Assembly (NCBI GenBank): GCA_013265495.1
Contig: MU058337.1
Location: 746,001 to 810,000 of the forward strand
DNA from: Vicugna vicugna
Lineage: Eukaryota
Length of the DNA: 64,000 nucleotides
Reading direction: 5' to 3'
Shown here: in pieces, positions 25,936 to 37,820 of the stretch
Layout of the letters: each line of letters begins with the position of its first letter
Position numbering within the stretch: the first letter of the stretch is position 1
Made by a program: the position numbers and the translations under genes
The notes under the pieces: generated by a model
The model's input: only the letters and a program-made list of their open reading frames with translations
Database searches by the model: none
What the model was told of the DNA's origin: nothing

Positions 25936-28134
25936 TCTTTGTAAACTTCCCAAAATATCTTTGTGCCTCTCCTCCAGTCCATTTTAACTAGAGGTTCTGT
26001 TTTGCTTTGTTTTTATTTGAGCACCTTTTCCTTCCTGGCATAATTTCTCCATCACATTCCTGGAGTTCCTGTTGTATCACCCCGCTTCATTCAGTGATGC
26101 CTCTTCTGGGCCATCTCTCTGTCCCCTCCGGCAATCTCTGGGTTCCTGTTTCTTCTTACGTGACACTGCTTGTTTTCATTTTACATGGTTGCTTGCCTTT
26201 GGTTTTGCCTTTTCCGTTCTGTCTGAGGAAGGCTTCTTCCTCCAGTTACTGCTCCTCCCTTTCCTGTGCTTCTGTATGCGTGCTCTGTCCTTTGTGCGCG
26301 CCTTCACCCCTCCTGCCCAGGTTACAAGTTACCATGATTTGTCTGTATTGTGCCCTTGATTCTGTTTCATTTGTGCTATTTCTGCCTCTTCCTTTTCCAT
26401 TTGTTCTCCCACTGGTAATATCTTTTCTTTCAGTATAACCAGTTTCATCTTCCTGTTCTTCCCTGATTTAGAAATGACTCCATGCAAAAAAAAAAACCAA
26501 GGAAAATGTCTTTTTTGTAGGCATTTGCATTCATGTTGAACTGCACTGGACAGTGTAAAAATGAAAGACATATTTGTGCTTTTATATATAACCATGTTCC
26601 CAAAATACATCTGTAACACTCCGTTAGGTTTGGGGACATGTGGGGACTCCAGTGGGAATTGTCATGTGTGACCCCAGGAGGAGCAATGTCAACTCTTTGC
26701 CCTCCCCAGCCTTGCAGCAGCCTTACTGGTGTGAGGGATTTGGGCTCAGAATTCGAATGGCTCTGTCTTAGATACAAAGGATGGAGAGGCCCTGCTGCCT
26801 CTGACTGAACTCTGGTTTAGGAAAACTGTCCAAAAGAGAAGCCCAGTCCCCTTGTCCCCAGCTCCCCTCCAATCTGAAAACAGAATAAGCTTTAGGCTGA
26901 ATGAGAGCCAGTGATCCTCTGCGGACGGAGGTCGGAAAGACGTGCAGAGGTCCTGGCCGTGGCAGTTAGTGTGCAGGTGGCTTCAGGCGTGAGTGTTCAC
27001 CTGAGCTACTCTGAAGGGAAGCCGGGTCCAGCCTCCAGGAATAAGGTCCTAAGAACAAGGCGTGTGGACAATCAGGACCCGTCTGCTCCACCGGGATGAG
27101 AAGGAGCAACCAGGGTGAAGGCAGCAACCCCCTGCAGCGTAGAACAGCCTCACGGTTGCAAGGACATGGTTTAAAATTTACTCCAGGACGCGGTCAGAAG
27201 GCAGAGAGGGAGCTGAAGGGTGACCGGCAACCGTTCCTCCTTCGTGAAGATCCCCAGTTTAAGGAAGTAAGGCTGCTCTGATGATTCTTTCTCACACACA
27301 TGCATATTCATACCTTCACAGCTGCTTTATGTTACAGTACACATTTCTGAAACCTTTGAAATCAAAAAATAAATTTAGCAGCATTGGACTTTAGAGTTAA
27401 TGAAACTTACAGTGGATTAGTTGCATATTTAAATTTGAGAGCTGAGTCTTTGGATTGCAGAAAAAGAGGAAGTATCACCCCCCCAACCTCCATTAACATG
27501 GGACGTTGTCTCAGTCCTTTCAAAAGCTCCTTCATTCCAGGCCGTCTTTCCCAGTATTTCCCATATATTCCAAAGCTGGCCAAGCACTGTGAAAGTCCGG
27601 AAGATACCGTTCTGCCGAACAGTAATAGGTCAACTATGAGACGTGCAGTAGATGTTTAGAGGTCTTTGGAGAGGTATTTTGATAAGGTTATAAAGAATTT
27701 ATAAATAATATTTAATTCCTTCATATTCCAGAATGGTTATCTGCCTGACATATTCATAGTGGATTAATTTTTGCTTTTTATTTGGCCCCGGATGGATAAA
27801 CTAAATAGAATTAGAATTATACAAGTAAATGTTATTTCAAACCCTCCAGTAGCAGGAAATAGCTTTATAACAAAATCACATAACAGCTGGTGCTGCCTCC
27901 AGTGACCAGAATGGTAATGTTTGCTTTTGATTCTCTTGCAACTGCACAGGGCTGTTTAGCTGCACTGTCTTCAAAGACTTTTGGCAAAACGGGGCAGAGC
28001 TGAGGAACACGAGGGCTTTACAGGGATAAATAAATAATAGGTTGTGGTATATAAAGTGCTGTCTCCTCCCATGGAACCAACTTTGCAGAGTTATGTCACT
28101 ATTTTAAATGTGAATAAAGGAGCAACGCTGCTAC

Positions 28135-28290
28135 CCCACGCTTCTCAAATATTAAGTGCATCCAGGACACGTAAGAAGCACGTTAAAATGCAGATGCTGA
28201 CTCCCAGTTACGGGCTGGGTCTGAGACTCAGCTTTCATCACCAACTCTCGTGGCGCTCACGGTCCCTGCGCTTCCAGGACTGGGAGTCCA
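28135..28290. mobile_element. hAT-Charlie MITE, MER5A1-like
   Basis: gcttctcaaatattaagtgcatc...gttaaaatgcagatgctgactc...gggtctgagactc. Confidence 0.65.
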
Positions 28291-28599
28291 CACCACTGGC
28301 CGGGTTTGTCCACTCCAGTCCATGCTGTCAGGCCTGGCCTTTGTGTACAGGGTGTGTGGGAAGCTCTGGTTTTTGAGGTGGGGGCTTGTGGTTTTTTCAG
28401 CCGCTGTCTTCACCGACGTGTCATCTTCCTCCGACTCCAGAGTCACCTTGGGGCAAGGACTTTGTCACTTCAGTGTTTTCAGTCCCCAAATACCAAGTGC
28501 CTTAAACTGGCTTTGTGCTCAGTGTTTGGTTTTTTTCTAAATTGAGATCTGAATAAACAACTGTTGAAACTCATTAAACATATTTTCACCCTCATTTGC

Positions 28600-29320
28600 C
28601 CGTTTGTTTGAAGAAGCCCACCTGAGTTCTCGGCAGGGCCAGCGCCGAACTTCCCGAAGGCGGCCCGGCAGCCCCAGGGCGGGGCGGAAGGAAGCGCAGG
28701 CGGGCGCTGACGCTCCGGTTGGCCGGGAGCTGGGGTCTCTCCAAAAGGAAAGCGAGCTCGGAGCGCCCACTCGTGTTCCACCCAGTGGCTGCACAGCCCT
28801 CCTTCAGGCCCGGGACCAGTTTAACTTCTCCTTGTAGCCTCCTTCAGCCTGGAGCACGCTGGACGGCCAAAAACTATCCCGAGAGTGGGTTGATGTGGTC
28901 CTGAAGACAGATGGCATTGAGATTCCGAGTTGACGTTTGTCGGCGGTACCTGGAGACGCTACAAAGGAGATTACGGTCCTCAAGACCCGCTAGATCCACG
29001 GCACTTATCGCCCGATTTTTTAGGAGCTAAAGAAAGTGGAAACTCCTGTATTTATAACAGACATCCTGGAAAGCCCGGGGCTGCAGCGGCTGTGGGTCGC
29101 ATACAAAGCAGAGGCGGCCCGGCGGGGGCGAAGCCTGTGCGGGTCCAGCACTGCGAGGGCTCCAGCCTCCTGTCCCCTAGGGCGGGCGTGCGGCCAGAAG
29201 CCGAGGGCAGCGAAGGGTGGAACACACACACTACAAACACGCCTCTGACTGCCCCCTCTCTCGGAAATAAAACTGCACAGGTGCTTGCACAGGACTCACT
29301 GAGAACTGCGTGTGCTGCAG
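28600..29320. promoter_or_regulatory. Orphan CpG-island-like region with GC boxes, ETS and half-CRE motifs
   Basis: About 14 CpG in 28621-28740. GGGCGGGGCGG at 28677-87 runs directly into CGGAAG; TGACG nearby. Confidence 0.55.
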
Positions 29321-29954
29321 AATGGCAATGAAGGCGAAATCCATGCCACAGACACCAGTTTCTTAGGCCTTATACCCTCCCGGGACACGTATGCATGTCT
29401 TCCCGCCTGCCAGTGCAGTGGACCCTGCAGCCAAAGGCAACATTTTTCATTGCCAAGATCTCAAGGCAAAGTCCAAACAGCAAAATCTCTTCTTTCTTCT
29501 CTGACAGTCTAGTAGGCCGTCATTGTTAGATTCCATCAATATGACTTTACTAATTATGCTTAAATTCAAGGAGTTACAAATTGGCTTCATTTTGCATCTT
29601 GTTTTGTTAATCTGAAATGACAAACCTTGGAGAATTTCTTTTAATATAAGCCCCTAAATAATAATGTAGCTAATTGCCAAGAGTAAGAAATGTTAAGTGT
29701 TGGCAGGTCGTTATCCCTGCCTTTGAAGGTTCAGTGGAGGCAGAGGGCAATTTCATGAACACTCACCTAGAATGGACCCTGTAGAGGGGTGTGCACAGGA
29801 GAGAAGATAATCAGCTGTGCTCTGGGACTGCCAAAGTGTCACACCAAAAAGATAAAAAATAATGGGTAATCTTAAAAGCTTAAAAATCGTCTTAAGTAAT
29901 CATGGGTAGGAATTCACAAACTAAAAATCAGATGAGAAGCAGAGTATTTGCATG

Positions 29955-30555
29955 TTCTCAGAGTTTCTCCCCACAGATTGCTTACAAGTCAAAGGGAAGA
30001 ATGGTAACCACAGTGGAAAGTATTAGGCAACACCCTGACCAAGAATTCAAAATCAGCATCACCGAGGGGAGCAGAGAGACCCTGGGTGCCTTTAAATGCA
30101 GCGTGCCGAGAAGCACAGTTAGTGTGTTCTGGCGAGACACTTCAGGCAGGCCAAGCGGGCAATGTTGCATAAAATAACTTTCCTTTGATCTTCACTACGT
30201 CAGCGTCATGAGAAACAGTAAAGTTGAGGAATTGTTCCAGATTAAAAGGAGACTCAAGAGACATGGCAAATTAGTAGTATATACTCTTGGACTGAATTGT
30301 GTCAGAACCGGGGAAATGTTATAAAGGGCATTACTGAACATCTGTGGGTTTGTCAAAATTGGAGTATGGAGTGTGTCGATGAAACTATGGTATCAGTGTT
30401 ACATTTCCTAACTTTGATAGCCGCACAGTGCACCGTTACAAGACAATATCCTTGCTCTTAGGAAATAAGACTTAGTTGAGTATTAAGGAGTAAAGGGAGA
30501 TGTATAAACATGTATGTATATATATGACCTTTTCTCAAAAGATTCAGAAAAAAAC
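29955..30555 (+). mobile_element. L1MC4/5-type 3'UTR fragment
   Basis: gaggaattgttccagattaaaggagactcaagagacatg; tatcagtgttacatttcctaactttgata; aatatccttgctcttaggaaata. Confidence 0.8.
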
Positions 30556-31029
30556 AAACTGGCAAGGTCATTCAACACTTAGAACACATATGCCATGATA
30601 CAAAATAATGCACTCACATTAAGTATTTAAAAAATAAATTAAAATTTGCTTGGAAAAAATGTGGGGCTAGTGGCAGGTGGTCTGAGGAAATATGGCTGGA
30701 AAAAGTACGTTGAGAAGAAGTAATTAACGTCTCCAATATGATGGGGAGTTTATCCTGTATGCACGATGCTCACGATGAAGACTTCCAGGCTATATTTTTA
30801 AGAAGGTTGTTTCTGTGCCTTGTCTGATACAAAGATATGAATATTTAAACACGACTGGTCTTGGCAGAGCACCAGTAGGTCCCTGGGGAGCACAGAGTGT
30901 GCACACCTCTGGGCATGAGCATGTGTTAGTGAGTGTATGAGTGTGAATTTAGTATGTTGTGAAGATGTGAGCAGAAAGAATGCACTAATAAACGCATAGT
31001 CTGCGGTGTTGCTCTCCACTTAAAATAAC

Positions 31030-31190
31030 AGAAAGTCTAACCCTACTTCATACCATATTAAAAATATATTTCAGACCCTTTAAAAGATTAAATTTAAAGA
31101 GTAAAAAAAAGAGTACCAAAAGAAAGCATAAAATATATTTAATCTTGGAGTGAAAACGGCTTTCTAAGTGATACAGGATGTAATGTCAGT
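31030..31190 (+). mobile_element. Old L1M ORF2 fragment
   Basis: ccctacttcataccatattaaaaat...aatcttggagtgaaaacggctttctaag. Confidence 0.45.
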
Positions 31191-31377
31191 ATCTATTTTG
31201 CTTTTTTGTTTTTGCAGTGTCCTTGAAAAAAAATCATTAGACAAATCCTTGAGTATTAATTCTCTTCAGAGCTTTCTTTCTCCTCTCTCTGAACCAAACC
31301 TGACGCCCTTCCCCATGTCTACCCTGCAGTAGACGCCTTCTCCTCGCCTTTCCTGTCTGTGGTCCACTTTTTTCTTC

Positions 31378-31596
31378 TTTTCTGACCCCCTTCACCTATT
31401 TTGCACCACCCCCAACAACAACCACCAATCTGTTTCTGTTCTCTGAACCTGTGATAAGCGTTTTTTGTTTTGATTCCACGTATAAGAGAGATCAAGTGGT
31501 ATTTGTCTTTCTCTGACATTTCACTTGGCAAAAGGCATTCCAGGTCCATCCATGTTGTCATAAATGGCCAGATTTCATTATTTTTTATGGTTGAAT
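31378..31596 (-). mobile_element. L1 (L1MA-type) 3' fragment
   Basis: gattccacgtataagagagatcaagtggtatttgtctttctctgac...ggtccatccatgttgtcataaatggccagatttcattattttttatggttgaat. Confidence 0.85.
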
Positions 31597-33069
31597 TATG
31601 GAATCCACTTTTGACCTTATCGGGTCCAGCACATTCCTTTGCCAACTCCAAATGCTAGAAGCCTGCAGACTTGATCCGCTCTGCTGGAAAAGTCTGCTAG
31701 TTTCTCAAACTCAGCATGTCCCAACCTACTGGTTTTTGCCATCTTCTACTGGCCCTGAATCCCACGAGATGTGGTCTTTTCCCTGGGGCTCGTGATTCGC
31801 TGTTACAGAGGGAAACCTTGGCATGTCCTGATTTCTCCCCTTCCTCAGCGAAGTCCATGTTCACCCCCATTGAGTCATTCACCTCAGTGTCTCTCCTTTC
31901 CGTCACCATACTGATCTATTTAAGCCATTATTATCCTTTCCCTTGTATAAAATTTGTATGAGATTTATGTTGACTTTAGTTTTTCGTTTAAAATGTTACC
32001 ATTAAAGAACATTGAAGAAGAATACAATTAGCAGCCCTCAGACTTCGGGACCCTTTTTGCACAGAGCTAATGCTGAGTGTGCGGTCCCTTCCTGACCGCT
32101 GTGTGACCTCGGAGGCCATCTCCATCCTGACGAGTAGCTATTCCTCCCCGGAAGAGTTCAGCAGTGCAAAGGGCAGTGTGTGTCACCTCCGCAGTCACTG
32201 CAGCTCCCAAGTCTGATGATGTTTCCTTCTCTACTTTGGATATAGGAAGCTCAGATCAACACAAATGGTAAATTATTAGATCTTTATTTTCTCGATTTCA
32301 TTTTATTTCTTTTGTACCTATTTTCTTCAGTGCTTCTTCAATTGTTCTTACGTTTTCTTGTACTCCTGGAATCTTTGTCAAGTGCGTTAACTCTTTTTGG
32401 TTTTATAAGACAAAATCCATAAGCAATTAAAGAATTATTTCTTACCCAGATCACTCTCTTTACAGTCGCCTCTATACTGTGCAAGATTCAGGGATCACCC
32501 ACCAAAGCCTTCGCTTCCACCCTTTCTTCAACCATCAGGCTGCTGCTGGAATGCAGTCTCCCTCTCTGCTTCTCTCTTTTGCGTCTGCAGTTTCCTCCCC
32601 ATGAGATGTCTCCTCCACCTGGAGTATCTCCTACCGCCTCCACCCTCCACACCAAGTTCCAGTTCAAGCCATACCTTAACCAGTGGCAAGAGTAGGGGCG
32701 ACCGAGTTACATTATTACTGTGCAGATAATCATAAGCAGCCACACTTGTTCTCAGTAGTTTATCTCTGTGAGCATGTTAGTGTTTTCTTTCAAGAAACGG
32801 GCACATAACTATATTTCTCTAAATTTAGCCTTATTGGAATGCTGTCCTAGGTCTGGTTCTCTAGGTTTTTAGGCAATTTCAATACATTTGTTTTCCGCTA
32901 TAATTAGCCAAAGCCCATCTCTGTTGTTTTTGAACTTTAGAACTCTGCCTGATGCAGTCAGTTTGTATGGTCAACAATCTATAGTGAAGATTTAGAAGAA
33001 AATTAGACCAAGGATGATCGAGCATTTGATGTGTACAGCTGCAGCAAATCTCAGGGTCTAGAAGATAAT

Positions 33070-33350
33070 AACACTAATATTACCACTGCTAATAAAAAAT
33101 AGCCGTATCAAGAACTTATTATATATTAAGAGCTGAATTAAGCCTTGTATGCATTATTTCCTATAATTCATGGAAGATACAGAGATTCAGATCACGTGAA
33201 AATGAGCCAGGTGGAAAGACATGGCCTGCAGTTTAGTGGATGATGATGACGATGGTGGTAATGGTGATGACAACGCCTGAAGGGAGGAGAACCACAGCTG
33301 GGGTCAAAGCCATGTAGTACTGAGTTTCCTTGCAGTGTCCCAAGTCCTAC
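33070..33350 (-). mobile_element. Degraded MIR
   Basis: aagccttgtatgcattatttcctataattc...agatacagagattcaga. Confidence 0.4.
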
Positions 33351-34420
33351 CCCAGCTCTGTCTCCTACACGTTCATGAGGAAAGACAGAATTTAAATAAC
33401 TGTTGGTTGTAAAGATAACCTCTGTGTCTCCTGGAATTAGCCTCAACTTCAGGGTAAGTGTGCCCCTTGGCAAATTCTCCAGTTTTCCAGTCCTAATGAA
33501 TTTAGTTGTGAAGCTACCAGTGGGCTGACGAGCAGGTCATAGGGACCAGGTTGAGCTCAGTCACAGCCGGCCAGCATGATCCTTGTGGATTTACCCATGG
33601 GATTCGAAAAGCAGCTGTAGTCACCTTTTTGGTACAAAGAGTAGCTGGCCATCTAGCCTGATTTCAGTAATTTCTCTTTGATACTGAAAAGGACAAATAA
33701 TGTCATAATTTTAATAGAGTGGTAAAATTAGTAAATAGTGATATGCAATTAAAGGTAATCAAAGAAATGTATCAAATGAAAATTTTGGTAAAATAAACAC
33801 TAACAACCTGTGAAGGTCCTTTGTCTGAATTAAGAAATATTAAAAAATCTCAGGAAGGACCAAAGAAAAATGAAATATCCCAAGTAGAACTTAAAGTGGG
33901 GAGGTGTGCATTGGGGATTATTGACTGCAAACCCCAGGGTGGGGCAGTTAGCATGAGATATAACCAGTGAATGGTAGGCTCCCCTCTTCCATTAGCTACA
34001 GAGAAGCCTTGACGCCCCTCTTCCTACACACTCTCCCCAGAGTTTCCATCTTTTCCTGAATTTGATTTGGCTCCACCACCACTATGCCTCCAGAAGAGGT
34101 AAGTGAGAACTCTGTACACAGATGCTTGTTCACATCTCTTTGTGTTTGCAGCAGTAGCCTCTGTGCTTAGAATCTGAGTTCCAAACTGTAGTTGGCACTC
34201 AGTTTAGGTGAAGGAATGAATGTCTGACTGTTCTTTAAAAAATACTAACAAAACAATATTCATGTTAAGAAGCAAGTCTCTGGCCATAAAAAATATTAAA
34301 GAACAGATACTACCTGTTTTGCAATATTTGAAAATCTAATTAAACTTTTCAGTGTTTGGCAAAGGTGAACTGCTGTGCACTAAGCCAAAACCAAATGCAT
34401 ATGGCAGGTCAGAGGCTGGA

Positions 34421-34439
34421 AATTTGCATTATGCAAATT
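34421..34439. promoter_or_regulatory. Inverted double octamer AATTTGCAT-T-ATGCAAATT (POU-factor sites)
   Basis: ATTTGCAT at 34422-29 and ATGCAAAT at 34431-38; perfect 9-bp arms around one spacer base. Confidence 0.5.
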
Positions 34440-34489
34440 GTGTTGCATTAAATGCTCTTGCTTCTCTTCCGTGTGTTAGCAGAATATTC

Positions 34490-34572
34490 CTGCCTTCTCC
34501 CTCCTTTCCCTCCTCTCCTTCATCCACCCCCTTCTGCCCCTCCTGCCTCTCCCCCTCCTCTTCCTTCTTCTA
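34490..34572. repeat. Polypyrimidine (CT-rich) tract
   Basis: About 80 bp that are almost exclusively C/T. Confidence 0.85.
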
Positions 34573-35181
34573 TCAAGTACTGACAGGTAAGCAAATCTAA
34601 TCTGAAGGAATTGTTGAACAATAAAACAGATATGAATTTAGTATTTTCTATAAGGCCTCTCGAAGTTTAATGTTAAAGGAAAAATGAAGAAGGTTCTAAT
34701 CCAATCATTATTTCCCAAGGCTTCTCCACATATATGCACAAAATTGGGGGGGGGGGCTCATTTTTGAAGATAAGCAAAAAGAACTATTACCAGGCCCACA
34801 TCTGTGGCCAATATAATCTTTTCTTCCCCCTCTATCTCTCTCTGTCTCTCTTTTGTTAATCAATTGGTATGTCTCCAACAGACCTTCTTTAATAAGAATT
34901 TGGTTGAATTCCCTTCAGCTAAAACAACTTCAGCTTAAATATAAAATCAGAATAATCTTCCAGATAAGAATGTATTCTACTTTTTTTGAAGATATGATAT
35001 ACTCTAGACTAAACTTAAAATTTATTGATTCAGAGTTTGAGAAGTCAGTAATAATACTTGGTGTAAAGAAGTGATTTAAAAATATTCCTGAAGTATTTTA
35101 AGTAAACTTAGACACGTGTTTTAACTTCAACAATATTCTAAACACATATCATTCTTGCCCAGTCATTAAAAGAGACCTGCA

Positions 35182-35817
35182 TAACTACTGGTGGGAATGG
35201 AAACTGGTACAGACATTATGGAAAACAATATAGGAATTCCTCAAAAAATAAAACTGGAACTACCATGTGAACCAGCAATCCCACTGCTCAGCACATATTC
35301 AAAAGAATTGAACTAGGATCTCAAAGGGGCATCTGCATGCCCACGTTCATCATGGCATTATTCACAAGAGCCAAGATGTGGAAACAACCCAAGTGTCCAT
35401 TGGCAGAAAGAAAATTGGTACATACATACGATGAAACATTATTCAGCCTTAAAAAAGGAAGGAAATCCTGCCATCTGCTCCAACATGGATGAACTTTGAG
35501 GACACTATGTAAAGGGAAATAAGCCAGTCACAAGAGGACAATACTGGTGATTCCCCCACTGATATGTGGTATCTAAAGTAGTCAAACTCACTGAAGCAGA
35601 AAGTAGAATGGTGGTTTCCAGGGTTGGGGGAAGGAGAAATGGGGTGTTGCTGTTCAGTGGGTTTAAAGTTTCAGTTATGCAAGATGAAAAAGTTCTAGAG
35701 ATCTGTTGTACAGCATTGCATCTATAGTTAATCATATTGTATTGTAGTGTACACTTCAATATTAAGAGGACGAATCTCATGTTATGTGTTTTTTGCCACA
35801 ATGAAACAAACAAAAGG
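35182..35817 (+). mobile_element. 5'-truncated L1MA/MB-type 3' end
   Basis: tggtgggaatggaaactggtacag...ccagcaatcccactgct...aacatggatgaactttgaggacactatg...ttcagttatgcaagatgaaaaagttctagagatctg. Degenerate TSD aaagagacctgca (35169-81) / aaagagatctaca (35818-30). Confidence 0.9.
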
Positions 35818-35907
35818 AAAGAGATCTACACTGATTATAATTGATAGTATGTTTTGCTAGCTATTCATCTTTATATAACCTTTTAAGTTTATAGGTTAAG
35901 TTTATAT

Positions 35908-36205
35908 CTTATGGTTACCAGGGGGGAGAGGGTGTGAATGGATAAATTTGAGAGTTCAAGATTTGCAAATATTAATTACTATACATAAAAATAGATTAAA
36001 AAACAAATTTATTCTGTATAGCATAGGGACCTATATTCAGTATTTTGTAATAACCTTTAATGAAAAAGAATATGAAAATGAATATATGTGTATTCATCGT
36101 GGCATATATATATATATATGGCATGTATAATATGACTGGGACATTATACTGTATACCAGAGATTGACATATTGTAACTGACTGTACGTCAATGGAAAAAA
36201 AAAAA
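35908..36205 (+). mobile_element. Short, younger lineage-specific L1 3'UTR end with poly(A)
   Basis: atggttaccagggggg...ctgtatagcatagggacctatattcagtattttgtaataacc...gactgtacgtcaatgg followed by an A11 tail; cetartiodactyl/camelid L1 tail type. Confidence 0.85.
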
Positions 36206-36659
36206 GACTACTTTTTTTCTAATCTAAACAGATGGTCCCCAATTATTCACAATTATTTTTCATTATTTTTAGGGAGGATACCTGATGAATCGATGCTCTA
36301 ACAATAGGCAACTTGAATAAGCAGAGAAAAGTTCATGATTGTTATCCAAAGTGAATTTCGGCTTCTAGAGAGCTTCCCAAATTTGTTTTACTACAGTCAA
36401 ACATTTTCTCCTCTCACAAAATAAACTTTGAGTGATAATTTGCATGAAGAAATCTGTATTATCCTGTTCCAGAGCCCTATTCTAGTGGTTAGGGGGTGTG
36501 AATCACAACATAATTAAACAGCCCGCTGAACGATCGGTTGGATTCTGTTGGTTATTGCCAGCTGGAATAATTAGAGATTCGCAAAAATTCCTCAAATTAA
36601 AGCGACAGTTTCACAGCTCAACTTCGTCTTTTTTACCTGTAATATTTAGGAAGAGAAAG

Positions 36660-37090
36660 CACCCCTGGGTGGCAGCCTCCCCGGGAACCGCGGGCTCCCA
36701 GCCTTTTCTGCGCCGCCGTCGGGGCCCTCCGCAGAGACGGAGCGCGGCTTGGCGTCCCCTCCGCCCTCAAGCCGCCGGCCTCCCTGCTTAAGCATTCTCC
36801 GCGCTGCGCATCAGCACCCAGCGTCCCAGCCCCGCCAGCCAGCCTGATGGTGCGCTCCGCGGAGGGGGTCCGTCCTTCCACCGAAGGAAGGGCAGTATTT
36901 ATCATTACGCCTCGGTGGCAGCTGGAGAGGGAGAGGGTCGCTCAGACACAATACATAACCGTGGGCCGCGAATGTGACGGCGGGCCCGTATCAGGGGCGA
37001 TTAGAAAGGAAGAGTGCATTTCCAAGCCTGGGGTCAGCACATCAGTAAATAGTAGGTCCAGTCTGACGGCGCCACGGCCTGCTTTGACAG
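36660..37090. promoter_or_regulatory. Orphan CpG-island-like region
   Basis: Dense CpG and high GC (e.g. tgcgccgccgtcgggg, ccgcgctgcgca). No recognisable repeat or ORF. Confidence 0.55.
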
Positions 37091-37679
37091 CCCCCCTGCT
37101 CTCTTAGCTCATTATTTGCTCTAAGTACATTGATGAGATATGCTCCTACATCTCAGCTTATGCTCTCTCAGTGTCACTGGGCCTTCCCACCCACCACTGC
37201 CACCCGGGTGCTGCAGAGGGACCAGCCATCCCTGCCAAGGGAGAGGCCTCCCAAGTCCCCAGGCTGCAAAGGCTCTCATGACTAATTGCACTGCCTTCCA
37301 TCAGCTGGCCCAGGGCTGCAGGCACTTGGTGTTCAATGCACAATGGATCTACTCTGCTCTGACCTTCGTCACTCACCCTCTGAAGCAACAAAGCCTCTGA
37401 TGGATGATCACAAAATCAATTCCCTAAAGGGTATTTTTAGTTTTCCCCTGTAGCCTTTTCTCCGAGAACTCTGCCCTAGATCATGGGACTGGACAGAAGA
37501 ACGGACACACAGTCTGTCCTCTCAGGAAATCTACAGAAAGCTGGAAACACAGCTTCGTTCTGATACAGCCTGGTGCTGGCTCTGAATTCTGCTCTGGGCT
37601 CAGCTCAGACCCACTCCCATTCATCAGGACACCTGTCATGGTACCAGGTGCTTTCCATAGCATCTCCACCCACACAGCA

Positions 37680-37820
37680 ACTGTTGTGAGGTCACAGGAG
37701 CATCTCCAGTTGCAGATGAGGAAACCAAGGCATGTAGCAGACAGTCACCGAATGAATGGGATGCTGAGACTAGAATCGATGACTTCCTGGCTCTGTCAGT
37801 CCATGAATGTGCTCTTTAAG
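37680..37820 (-). mobile_element. MIR fragment
   Basis: ttgcagatgaggaaaccaaggc...gctgagactagaatc...gtgctcttta. Confidence 0.6.

Noticed and set aside
24773..37790. Repeated 13-mer gatgacttcctgg (24773 and 37778)
   Set aside because: 13-mer pairs are expected by chance many times in 64 kb.
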